In this document: piece by piece, positions 38,353-46,439 of the stretch
How the letters are laid out: every line of letters begins with the position of its first letter
Numbering within the stretch: the first letter of the stretch is position 1
Assembly: GCA_964533615.1 (NCBI GenBank)
Contig: CAZHMK010000001.1
Span: forward strand, 138,156-202,155
DNA length: 64,000 nt
Direction of reading: 5' to 3'
Origin: an uncultured Eubacteriaceae bacterium
GTDB taxonomy: Bacteria > Bacillota > Clostridia > Eubacteriales > UBA1433
Position numbers and translations under genes: made by a program
Notes under the pieces: generated by a model
Told to the model about the DNA's origin: nothing
What the model saw: the letters and a program-made list of their open reading frames with translations, nothing else
The model's database searches: none

Positions 38353-38838
38353 ATGTTAAAATATAAAAATTATAACAGAATATCTGCAGTTGAATATGCA
38401 AAACATTGGGCGCTGGCTAGAAACCCCAGCTACTTTGACTTCAGCGGCTATGGCGGAGATTGTACGAATTTTATTTCACAATGTCTGTATGCCGGCAGCA
38501 GTGTCATGAATTATACACCTACTTTTGGATGGTATTATATCAGTTCATACGATCGTGCGCCATCTTGGACGGGCGTTAATTTTTTATATGATTTTTTAGT
38601 AAATAATATCGGAGTCAGTGTTTATGCAACAATTACAAATTCTTCTAATATTGAACTGGGCGATGTCATACAATTAGGAGATGCAGCAGCAAGATTTTAT
38701 CATTCTCTGCTTGTATCAGGTTTTACGAATAATGATATATTGATTTGTACACATACAAATGATTCCTATATGAGGCCTCTGAGCAGTTATCATTATGCAA
38801 CGATCAGGTATTTGCATATAGAAGGTGTAAGATATTAA
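38353..38838 (+). CDS. Putative amidase-domain protein (Amidase_6 / NlpC-P60-like Cys-His fold)
   Basis: AVEYAKHWALARNPSYFDFSGYGGDCTNFISQCLYAG...YHSLLV matches the 'putative amidase domain' pattern with catalytic Cys and His. Confidence 0.65.
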   Translation: MLKYKNYNRISAVEYAKHWALARNPSYFDFSGYGGDCTNFISQCLYAGSSVMNYTPTFGWYYISSYDRAPSWTGVNFLYDFLVNNIGVSVYATITNSSNIELGDVIQLGDAAARFYHSLLVSGFTNNDILICTHTNDSYMRPLSSYHYATIRYLHIEGVRY

Positions 38839-38839
38839 T

Positions 38840-38881
38840 CTTACTTAAACAAGAGAGCGCATGCTCTCTTGTTTAAGTAAG
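38840..38881. terminator. Perfect 19-bp hairpin (probable terminator) after the amidase-domain gene
   Basis: CTTACTTAAACAAGAGAGC (38840-38858), loop GCAT, GCTCTCTTGTTTAAGTAAG (38863-38881). There is no clean T-run on either side. Confidence 0.5.
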
Positions 38882-39089
38882 AATTATTTCAAGAAATTTC
38901 GAGATAAAATAAGTTAATTTAAAGATATAATCAGTAGCTGCTGCTATATTTAAAAAGACAGCTTATCAATGAGAAGGAAAAAATGCATTTATATTGCAAT
39001 ATCCAATAAGAAAGTTTCGCTTTCCTTCGAAAGATATTTTGCTCTCATCCTATAGGCGATAATTATGCAATATCAATATTTCCACAATA

Positions 39090-40026
39090 TCAAATATTAA
39101 CATTAATATTTAAATTAACTTGAAAAGACCAGAATGATCCACGCGTAATAGTGCCTGACCATGCTACCCCATAATACGATATTCCTAAAGATATTGGTAC
39201 CCAGCGAGTAAATCCTGAGCTGCAGCTAAGCCTTTTATCTATAAGATATCTATTTCTTCTTTCATTTACTCCGGTGAATCCACTTTGTTACTCCATTAAT
39301 ACATGTTGATTTGGGACTTGTATTCCATGTCATTCTTCCGCTTGAGCCTGTCAATCTGAGATTTTGTCCAGAAGTTGTATATCTTATGGTTATTGAAAAT
39401 AGTATACTACGCGAAGAATCCCATTATGTTTGCATATGTGATTCCGATTTACGTGCTATCTTTGTTGTTGAATTTATTAGAGCCATATCATCTGTTGAAG
39501 CTAAGTACAAAACTTCTTTATCCTTAGCATTTATTTTTTTAGCTGAGTCAATAACATAAACTGGTATTTCATAAATAACTGTACCAGTTTCATTAGATAA
39601 AATAATGTTTGTTCGCGATTTGACTTCTGTCTTTTGTGCTTTTGTCAATATATTCTTTAAATCATTGGCAAAATATAATGTTGTTGCATCGTTTGATGCT
39701 GCTATTTGCATTGGAAAAGTGATACTACTAGTAAGTAGATTCAAAAGAACGCAACGTATCTTTTCATTAATTAATTTTTTTTACTTAAAAAAAGAACGTA
39801 CAAAAATATAACTATAAAAACCAAGTATAATGCGGTTTAAAGCCATGCCGCTTTCAATACTATAGAAAATAAAAACTTGAAAAAATGGTATAATCTCAAT
39901 TACTATATAAAGTATGATATTTACAAAGAGCAGTATTTTAAAACTCGTTTTTTTCAACACAGCATCAGAGATAGGATATAAACTTGCAAGTAGAATCCCT
40001 ATGATAATATAAATAATTATCATCAT
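39090..40026 (-). pseudogene. Candidate decayed gene: membrane N-terminus plus unknown domain, broken by two in-frame TAA stops and one frameshift
   Basis: The 81-aa ORF (39781-40026), the 106-aa ORF (39424-39744) and a further 53 codons (39265-39423) share one frame. They are separated only by TAA at 39781-39783 and TAA at 39424-39426. A 65-codon open stretch (39093-39287, ...SSGFTRWVPISLGISYYGVAWSGTITRG...) continues in another frame. Confidence 0.35.
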
Positions 40027-40052
40027 AGCAAAAAGTATATTGAAATGGCTAA

Positions 40053-40499
40053 GAGTTACAGCTACAATTTTTTTATATTGATGTATTAAAAATAAGAGAA
40101 TTTACTGATGGTACTAAGTCGTTTTGGGTCGATGTACTGCTCGATATAAAAGATCGCCAAAAACACGAAATAAAAGTAGCTCGCGGATCATATATTGACC
40201 GGAACATTGTTTTCGCAAATGAATTAGGCGGATATACAAATAAAAGAAATCTATTGCGTTCGCATAAAAGGCTATTAGCCGCTGCTAATGTAGATTATAA
40301 AAAGTTTCATGCATACAGGCATACTTTTGCAACAAATTTATTTTTACAAAAAAAGGAAATACTTTATATTTCTAAAGTGTTGGGGCATAGCAGCATACGA
40401 GAAACCGAAAAGACATACATACATCTTTTAGATGAACAGATAAGACGTGAAATATTAGGTGAAGATTATGAAAAAGTTACTTTCTATGAAGCAACTTGA
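40053..40499 (+). pseudogene. 5'-truncated tyrosine recombinase (phage integrase family), C-terminal catalytic part only
   Basis: The open frame from 40053 encodes ...FHAYRHTFATNLF...ISKVLGHSSIRETEKTYIHLL (HxxR, GH, catalytic Y). The N-terminal SAM-like/core-binding domain and the first catalytic Arg region are absent. The 3' end faces the tRNA 3' end. Confidence 0.75.
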
Positions 40500-40553
40500 T
40501 ATATCTTTATAAAACTTTGGCGGGAAAATGGCGGGAAAAATAAATATAACAAA

Positions 40554-40581
40554 TAAAAAAAGGGCGTTTCGCCCTTGTTTT
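40554..40581 (-). terminator. Intrinsic terminator of the tRNA operon (also usable on the plus strand)
   Basis: The minus-strand RNA reads GGGCG-AAA-CGCCC followed by UUUUUUU. Confidence 0.75.
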
Positions 40582-40590
40582 ATGCGGTAA

Positions 40591-40667
40591 TGGTGGGCCT
40601 TCAGGGACTCGAACCCCGGACCAACCGGTTATGAGCCGGTTGCTCTAACCAACTGAGCTAAAGGCCC
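40591..40667 (-). tRNA. tRNA with CAU anticodon (elongator Met or lysidine-modified Ile2), CCA encoded
   Basis: Minus strand GGGCCTTTAGCTCAGTTGGTTAGAGCAACCGGCTCATAACCGGTTGGTCCGGGGTTCGAGTCCCTGAAGGCCCACCA. Clean cloverleaf with a 7-bp acceptor stem. It is not an initiator: position 1:72 is paired and there is no GGG/CCC anticodon stem. Confidence 0.9.
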
Positions 40668-40683
40668 CAGTTGCATATTTAAT

Positions 40684-40761
40684 TGGTCGAGGTGGAGGGA
40701 TTTGAACCCCCGGCCCCATGGTCCCAAACCATGTGCGCTAGCCAAACTGCGCTACACCTCG
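40684..40761 (-). tRNA. tRNA-Pro (UGG), CCA encoded
   Basis: Minus strand CGAGGTGTAGCGCAGTTTGGCTAGCGCACATGGTTTGGGACCATGGGGCCGGGGGTTCAAATCCCTCCACCTCGACCA. The anticodon loop reads TTTGGGA. Confidence 0.92.
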
Positions 40762-40775
40762 TTTGTCGCCTTACT

Positions 40776-40804
40776 AATATACTATACGAATATTAAAAAG
40801 TCAA
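40776..40804 (-). promoter_or_regulatory. Sigma-A-type promoter of the tRNA-Pro/tRNA-CAU operon
   Basis: The minus strand reads TTGACT, a 17-nt spacer, then TATATT, ending 14 nt before the tRNA-Pro 5' end. Confidence 0.55.
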
Positions 40805-40901
40805 ATAATTTTTTGCCTCATATTTAAAAATCTTCTCATTTTAAAAACAAATATTTTATGTTATTATATGTATGCAAAATGTGTATTAAAAGGACATAAA
40901 A

Positions 40902-41756
40902 ATGAAACAAAAACAAATGAATGGAAATATTTACATAGTAATAGCTGCATTACTTTGGAGTTTCGGAGGCGCTTTTACCAAGCTTATTCCTTGGGGGCCT
41001 ATCAGTATAGCGTGTATCCGGGCTCTTATTGCAGCTATCGTTTTTGCGATTTATCGAAAAAAAATATCTGTACGTTTCACTAAATATAATATTATTGGCG
41101 GTCTCGCAGTTTTTTTTACGACATTTTGTTTTATTTGTTCCAATAAGTATACCACTGCCGCGAATGCAATTGTACTTCAATACACAATGCCAATATATAT
41201 TATTATATTTAACTCTATTATCAGAAAAAACAAGCCTACGCTACTGGATATCCTCGCTGTTTTAGGTACGATGCTCGGAATAGCCGTTTTCTTTATAGAT
41301 TCTATCGGCGCCGGGAATTTATTCGGCAACATTATGGGGTTACTTTCTGGTCTTTCCTTTGCGATTGTGCTGTTTGTAAGCTCAAACAGCAAAGTCAACC
41401 CAATAGATTTGAATTATATTGGTAATCTTATTTATATTGTATTAATACCATTGATTTTTTTAGATAAGTCATTCCATATAACAATATACTCAACAAGCGC
41501 AGTTTTATTTTTAGGTATTGTTCAGTTGGGTATTGCTTATATCTTTTTTTCAAAAGGTATACAAAAAACATCTCCGATATCTGCTGCTTTGATCGCTGCC
41601 TTGGAGCCTATTTTAAATCCTGTATGGGCATTGCTGATGATTGGCGAAAAACCTTCTCTACTGTCAGTGATAGCGGGATTTTTTGTAATATTAATAATAA
41701 CTATATATAACATATTAAAAGTGCGAACTAGTAAATCAATACAACAACATATATAG
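40902..41756 (+). CDS. EamA/DMT-family transporter
   Basis: 284 aa with 10 predicted hydrophobic segments and an internal two-fold EamA repeat (ALLWSFGGAFTK...; second half ...LEPILNPVWALLMIGEKP). Confidence 0.85.
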   Translation: MKQKQMNGNIYIVIAALLWSFGGAFTKLIPWGPISIACIRALIAAIVFAIYRKKISVRFTKYNIIGGLAVFFTTFCFICSNKYTTAANAIVLQYTMPIYIIIFNSIIRKNKPTLLDILAVLGTMLGIAVFFIDSIGAGNLFGNIMGLLSGLSFAIVLFVSSNSKVNPIDLNYIGNLIYIVLIPLIFLDKSFHITIYSTSAVLFLGIVQLGIAYIFFSKGIQKTSPISAALIAALEPILNPVWALLMIGEKPSLLSVIAGFFVILIITIYNILKVRTSKSIQQHI

Positions 41757-41774
41757 ACATTTTAGGAGGATAAA

Positions 41775-43421
41775 ATGAAAATTTCTTTTTTAGGCGCTGC
41801 AAAAACTGTAACAGGATCATTATTTTTACTCGAAATTCAAAATTTTAAAATTATAGTTGACTGCGGTATGTTTCAGGGAGGAAAAACTATGGAAGAAGTC
41901 AACGCAGCTGATTTTGCTTTTGATCCTTCCAGTATTCAAGCAGTCATTCTAACACATGCACATATCGATCACACAGGAAGACTTCCAAAACTTGTAAAAG
42001 ATGGATTTAACGGTAAAATCTTTGCAACTCATGCCACCAAAGATTTATGTGATATCATGCTTCGGGACAGTGCGCATATTCAGCAAATGGAAGCTGAATG
42101 GGCTACTCGTAAAAATGCCCGAAGAGGTGAAGCTTCCGAGGAACCTATCTATACAGAAGTTGATGTAGAAGAAACCATGCAAAAATTTAAAATTATTGAT
42201 TATAATAAAAAAATAAAATTGAGCGAGGACATTGAAATTAATTTCATTAATTCTGGTCACATGCTTGGCAGTGCTTTTGTTGAATTATATATCCATGAAG
42301 ACGGAAAGGAGGCAAAATATATATTTACCGGTGATGTGGGTAACTATAATCAATATATTCTAAAAGACCCTGCAATTCTGAAAAATTGCGATTATTTAAT
42401 AATTGAATCCACTTATGGCAACCGCTATCATGAACAGATTGATACTTATAGAAATAAACTTTTAGAAATTATTAAAGAAACGTTAAAAAGAAATGGGAAT
42501 ATTGTAATTCCTTCTTTCGCGGTTGGCAGAACTCAAGAAATTTTATATGAACTTAACTATTATAAAGAAAATAATCTTTTAGATGAGTTTGCATATGTGC
42601 CTGTTTATGTAGACAGTCCTCTTGCTTCACAAGCAACTGAGGTATTTAAACGCCATTATAATATCTCTGATAAAAATACGAAAGAATTGTTGAAATCCGG
42701 TGATGACCCTCTGGTATTTGACGGATTAAAATACAGCATTACAACACAAGAATCTATAGCAATCAATAATGATTCTACTCCTAAAATCATTATATCCGCC
42801 AGCGGCATGTGTGATGCCGGCAGAATAAGGCACCATCTGAAATATAATCTCTGGCAGGAGAAAAACTCTATTGTGTTTGTAGGTTATCAGGCTCCGGGTA
42901 GTTTAGGCCGATTACTCGTTGAGGGCGAAAGCATGATTAAATTATTTGGTGAGCAAGTAATTGTAAAAGCGCAGATACATACAATTGATGTGTATTCCGG
43001 GCATGCAGATTTAAACGGCCTGTTAAATGTTATATCGACTATGCAAACCAAACCAAAGAAAGTCGTTCTTGTACACGGCGAAGAAGATGCTATTGTAAAT
43101 TTCAGCAACGAGATCAAAGAAAGACTGAATATCCCAACAGTCATTCCTTCTTACGGGGATATTGCGGACTTGGCCCTTGAAAAGGAAATAATAGACCGAT
43201 GGAATGTAGAGCCATTACCTGTAAAAACAAAATTATCGGATTCCGAGTTGCCGAAACCTGTTGGAAGAAACAGAAAGATCATCAGCGGAATACAGCAGAT
43301 TGCAAATTTGACTTTGCAGCTTAAAAAAGAAATATCTGCAAGTGCCTCAGACAGAATTACTGATTATGTAAATATTATAAGCAATATATTGAAAGACGAA
43401 ATAAAAAATGATAAAAAATAA
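41775..43421 (+). CDS. MBL-fold beta-CASP family hydrolase (CPSF/RNase J-like RNA-metabolising nuclease)
   Basis: HAHIDHTG motif, beta-CASP region, and the C-terminal MBL motif (VYSGHAD, LVHGE). There is a ~100-aa extra C-terminal tail. Confidence 0.8.
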   Translation: MKISFLGAAKTVTGSLFLLEIQNFKIIVDCGMFQGGKTMEEVNAADFAFDPSSIQAVILTHAHIDHTGRLPKLVKDGFNGKIFATHATKDLCDIMLRDSAHIQQMEAEWATRKNARRGEASEEPIYTEVDVEETMQKFKIIDYNKKIKLSEDIEINFINSGHMLGSAFVELYIHEDGKEAKYIFTGDVGNYNQYILKDPAILKNCDYLIIESTYGNRYHEQIDTYRNKLLEIIKETLKRNGNIVIPSFAVGRTQEILYELNYYKENNLLDEFAYVPVYVDSPLASQATEVFKRHYNISDKNTKELLKSGDDPLVFDGLKYSITTQESIAINNDSTPKIIISASGMCDAGRIRHHLKYNLWQEKNSIVFVGYQAPGSLGRLLVEGESMIKLFGEQVIVKAQIHTIDVYSGHADLNGLLNVISTMQTKPKKVVLVHGEEDAIVNFSNEIKERLNIPTVIPSYGDIADLALEKEIIDRWNVEPLPVKTKLSDSELPKPVGRNRKIISGIQQIANLTLQLKKEISASASDRITDYVNIISNILKDEIKNDKK

Positions 43422-43443
43422 GAGCCGGCTATAAGCCGGCTCT
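43421..43443. terminator. Bidirectional intrinsic terminator between convergent genes
   Basis: AGAGCCGGC-TATAA-GCCGGCTCT, flanked by an A-run upstream and TTATTTTA downstream. Confidence 0.8.
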
Positions 43444-43451
43444 TATTTTAT

Positions 43452-43811
43452 TTAGTATGGCATTACATCTTTAAACATATCTCCCATAACTTCCGAGGTT
43501 TCCCCGATCATTTTATAAATATCTTGCAGTATTTTTCCAAAAATATTTTGAGCTTCTAAAAACTTTCTGCAACTTTCAATCCCCATAATAGCCATGTATT
43601 GCGCGTTAAACGCTTCTTTCGTTTCATCATTTATTTCTTGTTTTAACATCGTCATAGTTTGAATATTTAGTTGCGCTTTCATAAAATCCTTTACCATTTC
43701 CATATGTTCAGGACTTTTACTTAATTCCTTTTGCGCTAAATCCATATTTTTATATTCAATGCTTTCTTTGATTGCTCTAACCAAATCATTCGCTTTGTCA
43801 TACACGTTCAT
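43452..43811 (-). CDS. YlbF/YmcA-family regulatory protein
   Basis: 119-aa all-helical protein with a Com_YlbF-like N-terminus (NVYDKANDLVRAIKESIEYK). Confidence 0.7.
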   Translation of the reverse strand: MNVYDKANDLVRAIKESIEYKNMDLAQKELSKSPEHMEMVKDFMKAQLNIQTMTMLKQEINDETKEAFNAQYMAIMGIESCRKFLEAQNIFGKILQDIYKMIGETSEVMGDMFKDVMPY

Positions 43812-43831
43812 TTACAATACCTCAATTTATT

Positions 43832-45532
43832 TTAATTTTTTGCAGTCGGAGAAGGATTCGCGCTCATAATAATCGGCAAAATGATAGGACTTCTCCCTGT
43901 TTGCTCATATAAATAACTTCCCAGCTTCTCTTTCAATCTTGATTTTATATCAACCCAGTCTTTAATATTTTCTTCAGTACATTTTAAAATGACCTGTTTT
44001 GCCAACTTCGTAGAATTAGCAATTAAATCTGAAGATTCCCGCATATATACAAAACCTCTCGATATAATATCCGGGCCACTTATCAGCCTGTTTTTATCCA
44101 TTGTTGCAACAATAATAAAAATACCAAACTGGCTCAACGTTTTACGTTCACGCAATACAATATTGCCAACATCCCCCACTCCTAAGCCATCAACCAAAGT
44201 GATACCGGCATTAATTTTGCTTTCTGATTTCGCCTCTCTTTTATTAATTTCAAATATATCACCATTTTGCAAGACAAACACATTTGATCCACGAACCCCC
44301 ATTTCTTTAGCTAATTGAGCATGTTTGATAAGCATCTTTGCTTCTCCATGAACCGGTATGAAATATTTGGGTTTCGTCAATGATAGCATTAATTTTAATT
44401 CTTCTTGACTGGCATGTCCTGATACATGGATATCTTTTGTATTATTCGAATAAATCACTTGTGCGCCCAAAGTAAATAAATTGTTTACTACATCAATAAT
44501 CATTTTTTCGTTGCCTGGTATTGGGCTTGCAGACATGATAATAATATCCCCTGCTTTTATATTAATCTGTTTATGATCTCCGGCTGCCATCCTTGTCAAA
44601 GCAGATAATGGCTCGCCTTGTGATCCGGTTGTAAGAATAACTATTTTATTATCTTTATAATTTTTAACATCATTGATATCGATAACCAAATCTGCAGGTA
44701 TTTTTAAATATCCGAGTTCATGAGCAACTTTTATAATATTTATCATGCTACGACCAGATAATGCTATTTTTCGGTTATTTGCAGCTGCTGCATTCATAAT
44801 TTGCTGTGTTCTGTGTATGTTTGAGGCAAAAGCAGATATAATAATTCTATTTTTACAGCCTCTAAATAACTCCATTAACGTATTGCCTACAATTTTTTCA
44901 CTCTTAGAATTTCCTGCATTTTCAGCATTTGTACTGTCTGAAAGCAGCAAATCGACTCCTTTGCTTCCTATTTCCGCAAATTTCTGCAAGTCAATAACCA
45001 GCCCGTCAATAGGTGTATAATCGATTTTAAAATCTCCCGTATGAATAATACGTATTCCCGCACATTTAATAAAAAGCGAACAGCTGTCAGCTATGGAATG
45101 ATTGTTTCTTATAAACTCAATTTCAAAATTCCCAATTTTTATAATATCTCCTGCTTCGACATTTCTCATCAAATTGGATTTATCCATCATTTTTTCTTCT
45201 AGTTTTCTTCTTACCAATCCCAAAGACAACTTCGTCCCATAAACCGAAATATCTCGTTTGCTCAAAAGATAATATAAAGCACCAATATGATCTTCGTGAC
45301 CATGTGTTAAGATTACCGCCCTAACATTTTTTGTTTTATCTAGTACATAAGTAAAGTCCGGAATAACCGCATCAATTCCATACATATCGTCTTCCGGAAA
45401 CGACATCCCGCAATCAATGATAATAATCTCATTATCATATTCAAAAACCGTCATATTTTTCCCGATTTCACCCATGCCTCCCAAAGGGATTATTTTAATC
45501 ATTTCATTTTTTGTTTTATCTATATTAGCCAT
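43832..45532 (-). CDS. rnj: Ribonuclease J
   Basis: 566 aa. IIPLGGMGEIGKN, HGHEDHIG, beta-CASP domain, HVSGHASQEEL, and the RNase J C-terminal domain. Confidence 0.93.
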   Translation of the reverse strand: MANIDKTKNEMIKIIPLGGMGEIGKNMTVFEYDNEIIIIDCGMSFPEDDMYGIDAVIPDFTYVLDKTKNVRAVILTHGHEDHIGALYYLLSKRDISVYGTKLSLGLVRRKLEEKMMDKSNLMRNVEAGDIIKIGNFEIEFIRNNHSIADSCSLFIKCAGIRIIHTGDFKIDYTPIDGLVIDLQKFAEIGSKGVDLLLSDSTNAENAGNSKSEKIVGNTLMELFRGCKNRIIISAFASNIHRTQQIMNAAAANNRKIALSGRSMINIIKVAHELGYLKIPADLVIDINDVKNYKDNKIVILTTGSQGEPLSALTRMAAGDHKQINIKAGDIIIMSASPIPGNEKMIIDVVNNLFTLGAQVIYSNNTKDIHVSGHASQEELKLMLSLTKPKYFIPVHGEAKMLIKHAQLAKEMGVRGSNVFVLQNGDIFEINKREAKSESKINAGITLVDGLGVGDVGNIVLRERKTLSQFGIFIIVATMDKNRLISGPDIISRGFVYMRESSDLIANSTKLAKQVILKCTEENIKDWVDIKSRLKEKLGSYLYEQTGRSPIILPIIMSANPSPTAKN

Positions 45533-45534
45533 TA

Positions 45535-45786
45535 TTATTCGTCCTCTTCTATATCTGCTTCTTCATAGTATGCCTCAGATACCATATTCAGTTCATCGTC
45601 GTCATCTACTAAAGTCAATATTTCTTCTCCATTTTCTTTATCAATTCTAAAAACTACATCATATTCATCATCGGAAAGCGGTTGCGCTATTACATATTCA
45701 ATATTATCAATAATTAAAATATCGATGATACTAAATTCTTCTTCTTGGCCCTCTTCATTTAATAGAACGATAGTGTTGTCATCCAT
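45535..45786 (-). CDS. DUF1292-family small acidic protein
   Basis: 83 aa, acidic (ILLNEEGQEEEFSIID..., DDDDELN). It occupies the canonical position after ruvX (yrzB-like). Confidence 0.75.
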   Translation of the reverse strand: MDDNTIVLLNEEGQEEEFSIIDILIIDNIEYVIAQPLSDDEYDVVFRIDKENGEEILTLVDDDDELNMVSEAYYEEADIEEDE

Positions 45787-46210
45787 CTTCTTTCTCCTCC
45801 TTCTTTACATATTCCAAGTATGAATATAAAATTTGCTGCGCCGCTAATTTATCAATAACTTCTTTTCTTTTTTTTCTTGATACATCAGCATCAATTAAAA
45901 TTCTTTGCGCAACCAAAGTCGTTAGCCTTTCATCAAACATTACTGTTTTAATGTTCACTCTTTTTTTTATATAATTAAAAAATTGTTCTGTTTTTTTTGA
46001 TCTTGCTCCCTGACTTCCATCTAGATTTAAAGGGTTGCCAATAACCAAGATTGATACGTTGTATTCTTCAATTAATTTTAAAATATTATTTAAATCTTCT
46101 TGATTGTTCTTTCTATTTAATACACTATGAGGCTGACTTGTAATTCCTTTCTCATCACTTAAAGCAATACCTATTTTCTTGTCTCCTACATCTAATGCCA
46201 TGCTTCTCAT
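45779..46210 (-). CDS. ruvX: Putative pre-16S rRNA nuclease / Holliday junction resolvase-like YqgF
   Basis: ALDVGDKKIGIALSD N-terminus and DERLTT motif. Confidence 0.9.
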   Translation of the reverse strand: MRSMALDVGDKKIGIALSDEKGITSQPHSVLNRKNNQEDLNNILKLIEEYNVSILVIGNPLNLDGSQGARSKKTEQFFNYIKKRVNIKTVMFDERLTTLVAQRILIDADVSRKKRKEVIDKLAAQQILYSYLEYVKKEEKEDG

Positions 46211-46396
46211 AAGTTCTCCATATCTTTACTTTATGTATAAAAATATAATTATATAGAACAAAAAAATACCATACAATTTATATTTTAATGTTTTATTTTT
46301 TATCATAACTATTTACGTACATTTTTTGCTACAATAAAGTGCAATTTTTTATATTATATCATAAATTTAATATATTATAATCCATTAAGTATAATT

Positions 46397-46439
46397 TTGT
46401 AATATATAAATATATTACAGATATATTTATATATTACAA
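46397..46439. repeat. Perfect 19-bp A/T-rich inverted repeat with a 5-nt spacer, overlapping the rsmG stop codon
   Basis: TTGTAATATATAAATATAT (46397-46415), TACAG, ATATATTTATATATTACAA (46421-46439). Confidence 0.9.

Noticed and set aside
39311-39811. Plus-strand ORFs 39311-39559 (82 aa) and 39605-39811 (68 aa) in the accessory patch.
   Set aside because: They are antisense to the broken minus-strand gene pieces, have no RBS, and have hydrophobic low-complexity translations. I cannot exclude them, but I have no positive support.
40868-41083. 71-aa plus-strand ORF overlapping the EamA transporter start in another frame. Other ORFs nested in the same gene are 40950-41180, 41029-41265 and 41177-41398.
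   Set aside because: The EamA frame gives a coherent 10-TM protein. The alternatives are short and compositionally odd.
46211-46433. Possible CRISPR-like or tandem repeat array in the AT-rich spacer upstream of ruvX. I checked other AT-rich spacers in the window as well.
   Set aside because: Only a single inverted repeat is present, and it is reported separately. There are no regularly spaced direct repeats anywhere in the window and no cas genes.
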